64,000 bases of DNA from Guillardia theta CCMP2712. Taxonomy: Eukaryota > Protista > Cryptophyta. The stretch is from the NCBI RefSeq assembly GCF_000315625.1, contig NW_005434645.1, forward strand, positions 419,925 through 483,924, read 5' to 3'. The translations under genes and the position numbers were made by a program. The notes beneath the pieces were generated by a model, which worked only from the letters and a program-made list of their open reading frames with translations, did not search any database and was not told where the DNA came from. Positions 37,329 to 48,505 of the stretch are shown here, in pieces (positions within the stretch are counted from its first letter, which is position 1; every line of letters starts with the position of its first letter).

Positions 37329-37716
37329 TGATGTTGCACCCGCATGACGTTACGTCAGTAACGGACATGGCAGCATCATGCGAGTAGTCGCAAGAGGCTA
37401 CGTACGCTGGCGAGGTGTATAATGCTAGAATCGAAGATGTGTACTGGACGTAGACGTACGTACAACACATTGGTATGATGAAAGCATGAGGCTGGTATAA
37501 ATGTTGAAGCACCTGATAGGAGGAAGTATTACGGGTTAAGCCTGACCTCGACATATAAGCAACCCATCTTAGACGTTGGCCACGTCATCGGAATGGGATT
37601 GCACGAACATTGACGTGTGTTCTCTTACTGCTGTACATAAACAAATCTAGCTTCATTGTTCATCTGTTCTACTCCTAAGTGCACTATCGCTCAGTTGCTG
37701 GACTATACCCGCATCA
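37329..37716 (+). repeat. 3' LTR (388 bp)
   Basis: Follows the PPT directly. Matches the 5' LTR except for block 37502-37525. Confidence 0.96.
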
Positions 37717-38875
37717 TCCATGACTTCAGGGGTGATACTTCCAATCTCCCCTTGAGCGTACTGAGCCGTATTCTGCCACCGTGACGGTGTCATCTGCTGT
37801 CCTGTCGTGGACCGTACTGATATACTGATAAGCTGACTCGCTTATCTCCTGCTGCCATCTTCAGGTGCTTCAACAGTCCGGACGGTCCAGGGCCTGAGGG
37901 AATGATCTTTCGTCAGCTCACTTAGTAGGGGGCTTATGGGCGCCACAGACCTTAAAAAAAAAAAGACCTTAGGATTAGCTGTCCTTGTCGTTACACGGCG
38001 GTTTTAACCTTAGTCTGGTTTTGAGACGTTGTGATATAGGAAGAAAGCGATCAAGTTTCCTTCTAAAATCAGTCAATAATTTGTACCATGACCTTAACTT
38101 TTAGAGTTTTATTCTCTTTTTATTTCATTTTTGGAAGTGTTGGATTAGCAGTGAAACTGAAATGCTTGCGCAGAACGAGCGCTTGCAAGGTGTGTGAGAT
38201 GTTAGCTTATGCTGTTGTAGTTGATGTTGCAAGCAAGTACAAGCAGGATGAAGAACAGCTCTATGCACACGAGGTGTTGCATGGTCCAATTACATTACTC
38301 ATGTTCTAATTACAATGAACACAGGAACAAAGTTAAGATGCACATTAAACCATCACATGTACTGGATATCTGTTGCTAAACCGTTCAGAGCAACGATGTC
38401 CACATACCTCAGCTCAACTCGTTTTTACTCAGATCCGTCATGAGGGTGTCAGACACGGTTCTTTCACGAATCCAGGATGAATAGGAAGCTTGCCTTGCTG
38501 AACTCCATGAGAAGGCGGTATCCATTTGTGTTGCTAAATCTTGTCAATCATGCGTCGAGGCGAAGCCAATGATTGATTGATTGATTGCCATTATACAAGT
38601 TTACCTCATGAAAACCGTTCATCATAGGAGTCCTCACCATGAACACTGACATTCGCATCGCATGTTCGAATTCAAAACGCTTCCACTGCCCTCACGGTCC
38701 ATGAGGTCTCCAACCCTATCCCTCAAGATTGAAGGTCTTGTCATTCCCTAGCTGCTGAGGCATCAATCCTCTTGTCTCACAATGGGAAGCACGCGACATA
38801 CAGGAGCCACGGGTTGATGCGCACTCGGAGCATCAGGTCGAAGGTGGTTTGACTCGAACGTCCCTCGCGCGGGGG

Positions 38876-39051
38876 GAAGTGCCGCTAAGTCACAGTGCTG
38901 TACGATAATCATGCCAACTGCTGTCCCAGGACATGTCGCGACAGGACATGTCGCGACATGTCCTGCGCGCAGTTAAGTGAAGGTATCTGTTAAGTTTGGG
39001 GGACAGCAGTTGGCATGATTATCGTACAGTACTGTGACTTAGCGGCACTTC
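38876..39051. mobile_element. MITE-like/foldback element with 52-bp terminal inverted repeats
   Basis: 38876-38927 and 39000-39051 are reverse complements with one mismatch. Non-coding 72-bp core. Possible GGG TSD. Confidence 0.7.
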
Positions 39052-39965
39052 GGGCCCTATTCTGATGAGTTGCCATTGGCGAGAAGATTTGGCCCAAATA
39101 GATGAGATATTAATCTTGAGTTTAAATTTAAAGTCTTTGTCCGAATATGTTTTACAAAAATTCGAAATTTATTTCAAAATTTACGCCAGCTCTGGTTGAC
39201 AATCCTCATCGGTTTTAGCAGAGATTATTAAAAAACACTTTTTGATATAAATACTGATTCATTTAGTTTTTGTGTTATAAACTTGTACCAGTCTATCATA
39301 ATTGGTACAAACTGTTTCCTCACAAATATTCTTTTCGAATATCTTGGTCAATACAACTGTCCGCCCCCCTTTTAAATAATTTTTGTATGAACCGTTTTGA
39401 AATAACAACGTTTTGTTGTCTACCTTACAAGGGAGGAGATTGTAGGGGCAATGCCATTACCACTAAGGGTGTCTTTTACTATGACAATATCGATATCTTA
39501 AGTATAACCTGGCTTATTTTCTGAAATTGCGTAGCAAATTTGAAATTGTACTTGTTCCATGTTAGTTGACATAATCAAATATCTGCTCTATGGGACAGTC
39601 GCCGTTAATAAAATACACGCCGCATGTGGAGCGATGGCGATTTTTAGGACCCATAGGATGAAAGGGGAGGAGAAAGCGAGGAAACTTTATGGAGGAAGGA
39701 GATAGGAGAGATATTTGAAGGAGGATAAGAATGCAACATGAAAGCATGAGGGTTGGTTAGTCAGGTAGATGAAGTGAGAGTGGCAAGCGAGGGATATAGC
39801 AGGGTGGATGGACAAAGAGGATGAGAGAGGATGTGGGAGAAGAAGAGTCAGAATGATGTTTATGCAACCAGAGAATATCCCCTAGTTTCAGTCGAGGCTC
39901 GTTTTGGGATTCTAGCTCAGTTCGCATCAGCAAGAGCATCATTGTCCTCCTTTTTGTATGGATGA

Positions 39966-41822
39966 ATGCTAGTCATCCAGTGGGAGAACAAGGTGTTGAC
40001 CTCGAGATTCATGACAATGTCAAAGGTATCCAAGTCAAGAAGAGGCATGTCTATGCAAACAGCTGAGTATCACAGCGAGGAGGAGGATGAACCTATCCAG
40101 CACATGCCCTCCCCTGACAGCAAGCCTTGCATCGCTGACTGCGGGCTTCCCCCGTCCCTTGGGATGAAAACCTCACTGGGAAGCTTGTTCGGGAAGCCTG
40201 CGAGGGTTGGGATGAGCAAGAAGGTCTTCTCTATGGCGGATCTCTCCTCTGCTGTCGACTTTGCGGACAGTGAGGACGCCGGCAAACTGCCTAGCAGGAA
40301 GGCACACACGGAGCACAAGAAAGTGAACCTGAACCCTCCTACGATCGAGGACGACGATGACGACATCGGCGTTGATAGCGACGCGTACTCGGATAGCGAT
40401 GACGAGGAGCTGTTGGTCAAACCAACCTTGCACCACACTGCGGGTAAGGAAGTTGAGAGCGATGGAGGCGAGCAGATTGAACGCTTCTCGGTTCAATAGG
40501 ATCAGACTCTGTGCTGTCGAAAGCAAGCGGGATGAAGAAGAGTATGTCGAGCTTGGACTTCTTGAAGACAAACTTCAGCGGCTCTGGCGATCTCTCTCCG
40601 AAGCTTCCTCCCAAGGTTGAGGAGGAGGGCGCGGAGAGATTGTTCACCTGATGTGTTTGTGCGCAGCATGGCAAGAACTTGCTCGTTGTCTTCGACATGG
40701 ACCACACCATGGTGGGTGACCTTGTCGCCCTTTCCGACCGTGACAACATCGAGACGAACGTGCCATGGATCTACTGGCCCGAAGTGAGGACGGGGACGGG
40801 GACGGGGACGGGGACGGGGACGGGGACGGGGACGGGGAGGAGTAGGAGGAGGAGAGAAACCGCGTACTTACGACTGGCGCAGGGAAAGAACAAGGGACTG
40901 TCCCCTGAGTTCGTGATCCCTTACTTGCAGCGGGGCATGTTGAGGCCGGTAAGAGGACGGAAATGATCTTGGGGAGGAAGAGGCAGGAGGCAGGAGGCGG
41001 GTGCTTACGTGGCGACCAACAGGGTCTGCTGGAGTTGATAACTTCCCTGCGCGGCCTCGGCGCGACCATTGTGGTGAGGATGACGGAGGGGGTTGCGGCT
41101 CTCGTGAATATGCGGCAGGTGTACACGCACTCCGAGGAGAAGTGGGCAACCAAGGTAAGCAAGAGGGAGGAGGGAGAGGAGAAGCAGGAGGAGGGAGAGG
41201 AGGCCCGGGGAGCAAATGGGAGGCTGAAAGGCTGGCAGGTCTGTGAAGCGATGGAAAGAGTTGCGGGGATGCCGTTCATCAAGAGGATCTTCTCCAGGTG
41301 ATGACAACTGAGGAGACGGAGAGGGTAGACGAGCTGGAGGGGGTAGTGGGGGTGTGCGAGCTGGAGAGGGTAGTGGGGGTGTGCGAGCTGGAGGGGTTGG
41401 AGGGGGTAGAGGTGACTTGATGGGATAGGATGGACTGCAAGGATGGACACCCAGAGTTCACGGTGAGCTTCATAGAGCCATTTCGATGCCGGCCACTGAT
41501 GGTTTCCTCCCCTTCCTTCTCCCCCTGTTTGTGCTGCTTCTGCTGCTTCTCCTACTCCTCCTCTTCCTCTTCCTTCTCCTTCTCTTTCTCCTTGACAGGC
41601 CAGGAAATCCCTCGAGTTCGTCGTGAAAGAGATGAAGGAGAAGGACGGTGAGGAGACAGTGAGCTTCTCCTCTTGTTCTCATGGACAAAATCCCAGGTCT
41701 CCATTGGGCTGAAGTCGACAAGACCATCTTTTTCGATGACGACGGCAACGCAGTCAACAAGTCTGAGCAGTCACGTCTCGTCAAGGTTAATAATCCTTCT
41801 TTCCTCCCGACTGTCTGGCTCT

Positions 41823-41872
<50 letters not shown>

Positions 41873-42909
41873 CTCCAGCCTCTTCTCCTCCTCTTTGAGC
41901 CTCTGCTCCCCTCCTCCCTCTCTTCCTTCTCGTCTCGCTAAGTCTTTCTGCTCGTTTTCCTCCTCGTCTCCTTCCTCCTCGCTGCGTCCCCATCTTACAA
42001 CCTGTTCAGGTTGCCTCCTATGACTACTGGGAGCCCTGCCAGTGGGATGAAGTTGTCAACGAGCCGATGATGCGAAGAAATCCCCCAGACCTCGCCGACA
42101 TGGTGCGAAGAAGGTGCGACACAACAACGGCAGCTCTGCTACTTTTCATCCTTCTTCAATGTTCCTTCTTCCTGCTTCTCCTTTTCTTTGCCTTCTCGCT
42201 CTTCCTTTCACAAAGTGTTGTTTTCCTTCTCTTTACTGACGGCTTCACAGTGTTGTCGAGTGGGGCATTGCTCCCCCCTCCTACATCAAGGGCAAAGTCA
42301 CGGCAGAAGACGCGAAGAAGGACGCGAGGTGGGCGGCGCAGCTGCAGAAGAAAGAGTCTATCCTGCTCTCCTTCAACAAGGTCGCCAAGCTCGACCGCGT
42401 CATGTTTGACATCCGCGAGGTGAGAAAGAGGAGAAGCATTGCAGAAGGAGAGGGTGGAGTGGGAACTGGGATAGCCACAGAAAGTGAGAGGCTGAAAAGG
42501 AGGAGGGGAGGAGGAGGAGAGGAGGAGGAGGAGAGGAGGAGCTGACTGAGGGGTCTTGTAGTGCATCATGAAGCACGTCACCGACCTGGAGGTAAACATG
42601 TTGTCTCTCCCCTCCTTTTGCAGTCAGCAGTTGCTCCTGCTTTTCCCCTGCTGCCTCCCCCCCTTCCCCCCTCCCCCTCCCTCCCATCTTTCCTTTGACC
42701 TTCTCCTTCTTCTCCATCTGGACCCAACTCTCGTTTCCTTACTTTATTTTCGTTCTCCTACTGCTCTGTCTGACTTTCTTTTAGATGCTGCCTGAGAAAG
42801 TTAGATCTCATCTTGGCAACACGATCCAGCCACAGTAAGTCCTCGTCCTCCTCTGCCGCTCCGTCGCTCACACCCCCCCCCCTCCTGCAGGTCTCGTCGA
42901 CGCAACTAA
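39966..42909 (+). CDS. HAD-superfamily FCP1/NIF-like phosphatase, multi-exon
   Basis: LLVVFDMDHTM (DxDxT), LRP/GLLEL, VYTHSEEKWA (motif II), RIFSR/MDC, KSL, TIFFDDD (motif IV). Acidic disordered N-terminus. The end could alternatively be 42838. Confidence 0.75.
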
Positions 42910-43003
42910 GATCTGTCAAGGCGGCTCTCCGTTCCTTGTATCTTGCTCTCCCTCCCTTCCCCCCTTCTTCTTGCCCTGCCACAAGAGCGCTTAAGTCGCG
43001 CCA

Positions 43004-44181
43004 TCAACGTCTGGACTGGTTGAGGCTGCGGAGGATGTCATGGAGCCAGTCTCCGGTGCTCCTCCTGCTCTGCTGGAGGAAGCAGTACCCCTCCGCTACC
43101 CTCACCCCGAACATGACGGACTGTACTACCAGCAGGGTCGTAAGTGAATAGATCAACACTTGTTCCACCTCCAGCCCCAGCAGCTTTCCACCTGTCACGT
43201 ACTCTCCGACAGATGCCAGATTCCCTCCCGCATCGCCCAGCTGTCCAGCCCGATGACGTATGATGACGTCATCCCGACGGCTCCCAGCCATTCAAGAGGC
43301 CGTTGAGAGAAAAGCCTCAGGCCGAACCACCACTGGAGCGCGAGGACGGGAGGAAAGAAGAACATGCAGACGCCGAGGAAGAGAAGGTGCTCGTTCTCGC
43401 TGGCGAGAAAGTTGAGCCCTCCCAGCGACATGAGCAGGCATCCCAGCACCATGCCATAGTCCACTGCACTTCGCTTCGCTGGCTCAGCGTCTACCCAGGC
43501 CACGAGCTCGTCCTGCGAGCGCGGCCTCAGCATGCTAAGAGTCACGATGCTGGCGAGGGTCGTGTGGTCGACGAACCAGATCCACTCCTCTACCGGCATC
43601 GCCCCGATGGTGCCGAGCATGGAGCCCTTGTCGAAGGTGAAGACGCCCTTGGAAAAGATGAAGTTGTCCCAGGCCGAGGAGAAGGTGATGGCGGCGAGGG
43701 CGAGTGGAAAGATGCTCATGTACCCAACCTTCCGCACGCTGTCAGCTGCCCAACTGAGCGGACGAGGCCGGGAAAATCTCATCCAGAGCTCGGGGAGGAC
43801 GAGGAAGAGATGCAGCTGAAGGTAAGTCATGTGCCCTGCATGCGTCAAAGCGTACCCAGCAAGGAACAAGACAGTTGCCATGCCACTTAGCAGCCTCGTG
43901 CCTTCTGATTCCACTGACACTTCTTCCTTTTGATGTATACGGCTGCTTGTTGTTTCTGCCAGTGTGACTTGCTCTTCGATCGGCCGGACTTTCTGTAGCG
44001 GTAGCTGCATTCGCAAGGACAGAGGTTTACGAAACGTTGAACCCAGTTGACAACTTTGCGCATTTCCTTGGAGCGATTGACAAGGATAGATTGGTGAGAC
44101 TAAATTGAATTGATGAAAACTTTCAACCCCTGACAAGAGCAGAGCAGCAGACAAGCCAAGAAGCAACTTAACAGACAACAT
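43004..44181 (-). CDS. Membrane lycopene cyclase of CrtYcd/CarR-domain type, probably plastid-targeted, with an apparent 1-nt frameshift near 43205
   Basis: MTYLQLHLFLVLP, SAWDNFIFSKGVFTF, MPVEEWIWF. Second repeat DSWAMREGIWHLSE continues in another frame as YVTGGKLLGLEVEQVLIY. Signal peptide ending VES-F. Confidence 0.75.
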
Positions 44182-45115
44182 TTCTAATCCTCCACGACTC
44201 TTTCCTGGAAACTTTCCTCCCGCCTTTCACCTCGCTTAGTCGCTTTCTCTATCGATTTTCCACTGCTCGTCTCTCTCGTCTCTTTTTGCTCTCCTCTCCT
44301 CGGGCTTGCATACAATTCTGCTCTCTCGTCTTCGTCCTCTTCCTCCGTCAAGCCGATCCCGTTGTACCGCCCATACAGGCAGTGACACTAACCACCCTAC
44401 CCTCAGCTTCGCCACCCAATTACGTTTCACCCCTCCTTTTCCCCTCGAACAAACTTAAGTGATCTTTTGAATATTTATTAAGTAAACTCAAGTACCATCG
44501 CAACTGTGATGAAGTACCCCCACCCCCTTAAATACAACCCACCCCTCGCTGCCCACCGAAAGCAGGACCCCTCAATTCAATCCTCACAAGGGGACTTTAG
44601 TGCGAACCAAATTATTCACTCACTTTCATACTCGTATTATATTAGTATCATATAATTTTTAGCTATTTATTTAATATAATATTTCATTGTCTAAGGGGTG
44701 GGCCATTTTTTTATTACCCCCCTAAAGTGCCCCCACCTGAGAGGTCGCAATTCTACTCAGTTTTCGATAAAATTAACCAATAAGTATGTTAAATAGCCCA
44801 AAGGGTTCTTAAATCTCAACGGTTCTCAGACTTCCGTCCTTAAATTTCAAAAGTCGTCATAGGGAGGAAAGTGGCATGGAACCGGGCGGGTCAGGTAGGG
44901 GACGAGGGACACTAGTACTACATCAGGATCGGCGGGCCGCCGGGCCGGGGCCCGGCATTGAGTCACACTGATCACTCAACAGTTTTTGAAGTTTCGAAAT
45001 GGAGGGCGAAGTGGACAGGAGGGAGGGAGGGAGGGAGGGAGGGAGGGAGGGAGGGAGGGAGGGAGGGAGGGAGGGAGGGAGGGAGGTTCGAGTGGTGATG
45101 CAGGTCGGGAGTCAA

Positions 45116-45215
45116 NNNNNNNNNNNNNNNNNNNNNNNNNNNNNNNNNNNNNNNNNNNNNNNNNNNNNNNNNNNNNNNNNNNNNNNNNNNNNNNNNNNNN
45201 NNNNNNNNNNNNNNN
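45116..45215. other. Assembly gap (100 N)
   Basis: Run of N between a (GGGA)n tract and a poly-C tract. Confidence 0.99.
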
Positions 45216-45808
45216 ATCCCCGTTATTACGGCTGCCCGCCTCCCCCCCCCCCCCCGCCTCCCCCAGCTCCCCGCCCGGTGTGGTGTTCTTGTGGTTTTAC
45301 TCCTGCACATCAGGCAGTGGAGCAGCATGGCAATGACATCGTCTGCATCAACGAGCTCTGGTCGAGGTACAAGGGCAAAGCATCTCTCAGGTACGTTCCC
45401 TCCCTCTCTTGCCCTTCTGCCTTCCCTCTGCTCCTCATCCCCCCCCTTGCTGAATACCTCTTCCGTCATTCCCATCCTCTTGTTCACTTCAGATTTTTAC
45501 CTCTGGTGTCCTGTTCCTTTCTTTTCCTCCCTCCTTACCTTCTCATACACAGCATGGCCTCCTCTACTTAACTAACGAAAGCGGAGCTGCTGCAAGGCAT
45601 GTGGCAACGTGGGACCACCCTAGGCACCATCGCGATAGTTCGACAACTCAACTTCTCCTCTTTGACTTAGAGCAATCAGCACTTTCAACCATTTCATTCA
45701 CGAAAAAGAAACTTTCTTCGCCCAGATCGATTAGAGTCTACATTTCCCTACTCCCTTCACATCTCTTTTTTACATCTAAAAGCTCGAGCTGGCTGCAGGG
45801 CCTTAACG

Positions 45809-48505
45809 TCATGAGGGAGGCAGCCCGTACTTTGCTTGCAGCCCCTCCTTCACCTCCTGGGGGACCCGCCCGTACACCCCCTGCCACTGGTTCACGCTCT
45901 CCAGGTTCGCCTTGAACCACTGGAGCAGCTCAGAGATTTCCTTGCGGAGCTCCGGGGATAGTTTCTCCTGCTGCCACGAGTCCAGCGCCTTGAACAGAAT
46001 GTCCATAGAGTCCAAGCAGCCCTGAGGGTTCATAGTCGCCATCTTGATCAGCCCGCGGAAGGCATGCTCCTTCTCAATGTCGTCTCGGATCCCCGTCAGT
46101 TCCTTGCACCATGGCTGGATGAACTGCTGCAGGCTGGGAGCTACGACCTCAGGGCAGACGAAGCCGAATCTCCCGATGGTGATGGCTGTGTTCTGAAGGA
46201 GATTTCTGTTCAGCTGAGGACGGCACATCAGGTTGATCAGCGGGATGAGCAGGTTGTTCACTACACCCGCCACCTCGCTGCCCAGTCTGATCACGATCTC
46301 CCCGACTGACCAGCAGGCGTTGTTACACACCGAGAGAATCTCCGGGTCCAAGTTCATCTGCACCGAAGGGAAGATGCCCTCGAGGTAGGGTCGCAGGTGA
46401 GTCAGGCACGTCTTGGCCAGGTCACCCAGCAGGGCGAAGGCACTCTGCCGCACGTCTGGCGAGATATGATGGAAGCACTTCATCATCATGGGCAGGAGCT
46501 GGCTGTTGCTGACGAGGCTCTCAATGGAGCCCTCGAGCCCCTCTGCCATGCCGGAGATGAGGTCGAGGGAGCACACGATGTACTCATCCTCAAGGCAGTT
46601 GTAGGGGTCCTTCTCTTGAGACTCGAGAGCTTGGCCTATCAGCTGGATCGAGCGATTGAACACAGGCTGTGCATACTGAACAAAGCTCAGGCCGACAGCT
46701 TGTACGACCGATGAGAGGCACTCGAGCATGGGGAACAGACTTCTGTCTTCGTCTTTCAGCGACTCCCACTTGGCGAGGAGGGGAGGAAGCAAGAGGTTGA
46801 CCAGGTCCGGCCTCATCAGCTCCTTCCCGATGGAGTCCGCAAGAGTGCCGCAGGCATCATACAAGATGATAAGATTCTTCGCCTGATACTTGCTGAAAGC
46901 TTGAGCGTACACCTGGAGAATCGTGGGCACGTGAGGCATGAGTACCATCCGCGCCTCCTCCTCCAGCACTGCCATAGCGGATACAGCAGCTTCCTGGACC
47001 CTCTTACTGTTGTCCAGCATACACTTCAAGAGCCCCATCACGAGCGGCTCGAGCATCGGCCCTCCGATCCCCTCATCCGGCTTCCCGCCGCTGTAGGAGA
47101 TGAATCGAGAGTAGCGGCTGAGTGTCCAACAGGTGATGCTGCGCAGGAGAGGTTTGTCGCTGTTCAGCACAGCGTTGATGAGGTGGACGATGAAATTCGG
47201 CAAGTACTGCCTCTCGAGCAGGCCAGCTTCACAACCCTCAGCGAGAGCTCCCATGGCTAGCACGGCGCTCTCCTGTACCTTCCAGTCGGGATCCTGTAGC
47301 TTGCTGTGGATGTGAGGAAGGAGCGCGTCGAGGATGTTCGCCTGGTAGTGGTTGGCGATCGTATCCAAACCAGATGCTGAACATTTGCGCAGAGTCCAAT
47401 CTATTCCTCCATCCTCATCCTCATCCTCCTCATCCTCCTCATCCTCCTGCTCCGCCACCGCATGCTTCGAGTGGTGGTGGAGGGAGGCCGGATTGATCTC
47501 CTCGGTCTTGTCGGGGACACTGTCCAAATCATCCGAGAGGACACTCAGCTCCTCCTCGCTGTAAACCATCCCATTGAGCAGGACGAGGGTCAGTCGAGTC
47601 AGGTACGGCTTCAGCACACCAGCAGGAACTTCATCGTTCTCGCAGATGGTGGACCAGAATTCGCATGCCTCCTTCTTCACGTCGTAGTCTGAGTCATGCT
47701 CCGTCGTCCACAAGAGGAACTCAATCACAAAGGTGCAGATGTTTGGATCTGCAAGGAAATCGGCCTTCATCTCCGCAAGCAAGCACAAGCTGGTGCAAAT
47801 CTCCTTCCTCACTTCGGCTGAGGAGTCCTTGTGAAGGTCCAGCAAGCCCTTGAGAAACGAGTCCATGTTCATGAGGAACGCGTTCGGGAGGGGGAGGATG
47901 AATTGCCGGATGCAGTTTATGGCTGCGGCACGGAGGTCTCCTCTGGGCAGATGAAAGAGCGAGATGAACTTGGCTATCATCTGGTTCAGTCGCTCCCCAA
48001 ACTCCTGCTCGCACAGCTGCCGGGTATGATCTTCACAGATCAGTCTCAGAGCTCCCAGAGAGCCTTCAACGTGGTTCTCCGACCCGCTGTTCAACAGCTC
48101 CATCAACTTGGGCAAGAGCTCTGGCCAAGTCTTCAGGCTGCTGTCCTCCCTTGCAACGATGGTGGTCACAATCTGTGCCGCAGTTCTGCGGAAGATCCGC
48201 TCAGGATCTCCAAGCATGCTCAGCACTTCACTCCGCACAAACCCCAGCACATCAGTCTTCATGTGCTTGTCTTTGATTGTGTTCTTCAGGTGGATGCCAG
48301 CCAGCTGTCGCAGCTCCAGCGCAGCCGATGGCATCTTGCAGAAAACAACCAGCAAGTAGCACCCGAAATCCGGGTAATCTCGTTTAGCCTGGTCAAGCAT
48401 CTGCAGCGCCTGCACATGGACCTGATGGTTGGTCGGGTCCGCCGCTCCACTCAGCAGCTGACCGACCTGGTCTAACTTAACCTGGTCCGGCTGCCAGCCA
48501 GCCAT
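45809..48505 (-). CDS. TNPO1: Transportin-1 (importin beta-2), single-exon CDS, 898 aa
   Basis: RQLAGIHLKN, EACEFW, acidic loop followed by WTLRKCSASGLD, RSITCWTLSRY, YQAKNLIILYDA, VRQSAFALLGDL, NTAITIGR. Confidence 0.95.
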   Translation of the reverse strand: MAGWQPDQVKLDQVGQLLSGAADPTNHQVHVQALQMLDQAKRDYPDFGCYLLVVFCKMPSAALELRQLAGIHLKNTIKDKHMKTDVLGFVRSEVLSMLGDPERIFRRTAAQIVTTIVAREDSSLKTWPELLPKLMELLNSGSENHVEGSLGALRLICEDHTRQLCEQEFGERLNQMIAKFISLFHLPRGDLRAAAINCIRQFILPLPNAFLMNMDSFLKGLLDLHKDSSAEVRKEICTSLCLLAEMKADFLADPNICTFVIEFLLWTTEHDSDYDVKKEACEFWSTICENDEVPAGVLKPYLTRLTLVLLNGMVYSEEELSVLSDDLDSVPDKTEEINPASLHHHSKHAVAEQEDEEDEEDEDEDGGIDWTLRKCSASGLDTIANHYQANILDALLPHIHSKLQDPDWKVQESAVLAMGALAEGCEAGLLERQYLPNFIVHLINAVLNSDKPLLRSITCWTLSRYSRFISYSGGKPDEGIGGPMLEPLVMGLLKCMLDNSKRVQEAAVSAMAVLEEEARMVLMPHVPTILQVYAQAFSKYQAKNLIILYDACGTLADSIGKELMRPDLVNLLLPPLLAKWESLKDEDRSLFPMLECLSSVVQAVGLSFVQYAQPVFNRSIQLIGQALESQEKDPYNCLEDEYIVCSLDLISGMAEGLEGSIESLVSNSQLLPMMMKCFHHISPDVRQSAFALLGDLAKTCLTHLRPYLEGIFPSVQMNLDPEILSVCNNACWSVGEIVIRLGSEVAGVVNNLLIPLINLMCRPQLNRNLLQNTAITIGRFGFVCPEVVAPSLQQFIQPWCKELTGIRDDIEKEHAFRGLIKMATMNPQGCLDSMDILFKALDSWQQEKLSPELRKEISELLQWFKANLESVNQWQGVYGRVPQEVKEGLQAKYGLPPS

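Larger units (their letters stand above)
29862..37716 (+). mobile_element. Full-length Ty1/copia LTR retrotransposon
   Basis: TG...CA LTRs, 5-bp TSD TCCAT (29857-29861 and 37717-37721), PPT AAGGGGGAG at 37320-37328, single intact gag-pol in PR-IN-RT-RH order. Confidence 0.97.

Noticed and set aside
36907-37347. ORFs in the copia 3' region as env-like or accessory genes
   Set aside because: Short, with no convincing TM or domain features. Likely untranslated.
38944-38963. p53-response-element-like GGACATGTC half-sites
   Set aside because: A by-product of the palindrome, with no evidence for a p53-family factor in this lineage.
45275-45390. Exon-like fragment after the assembly gap
   Set aside because: Too short, and its context is lost in the gap.
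46064-48475. Plus-strand ORFs opposite transportin, and similar shadow ORFs opposite CobW, the cyclase and the coiled-coil gene
   Set aside because: Antisense shadows expected from GC-rich codon usage.
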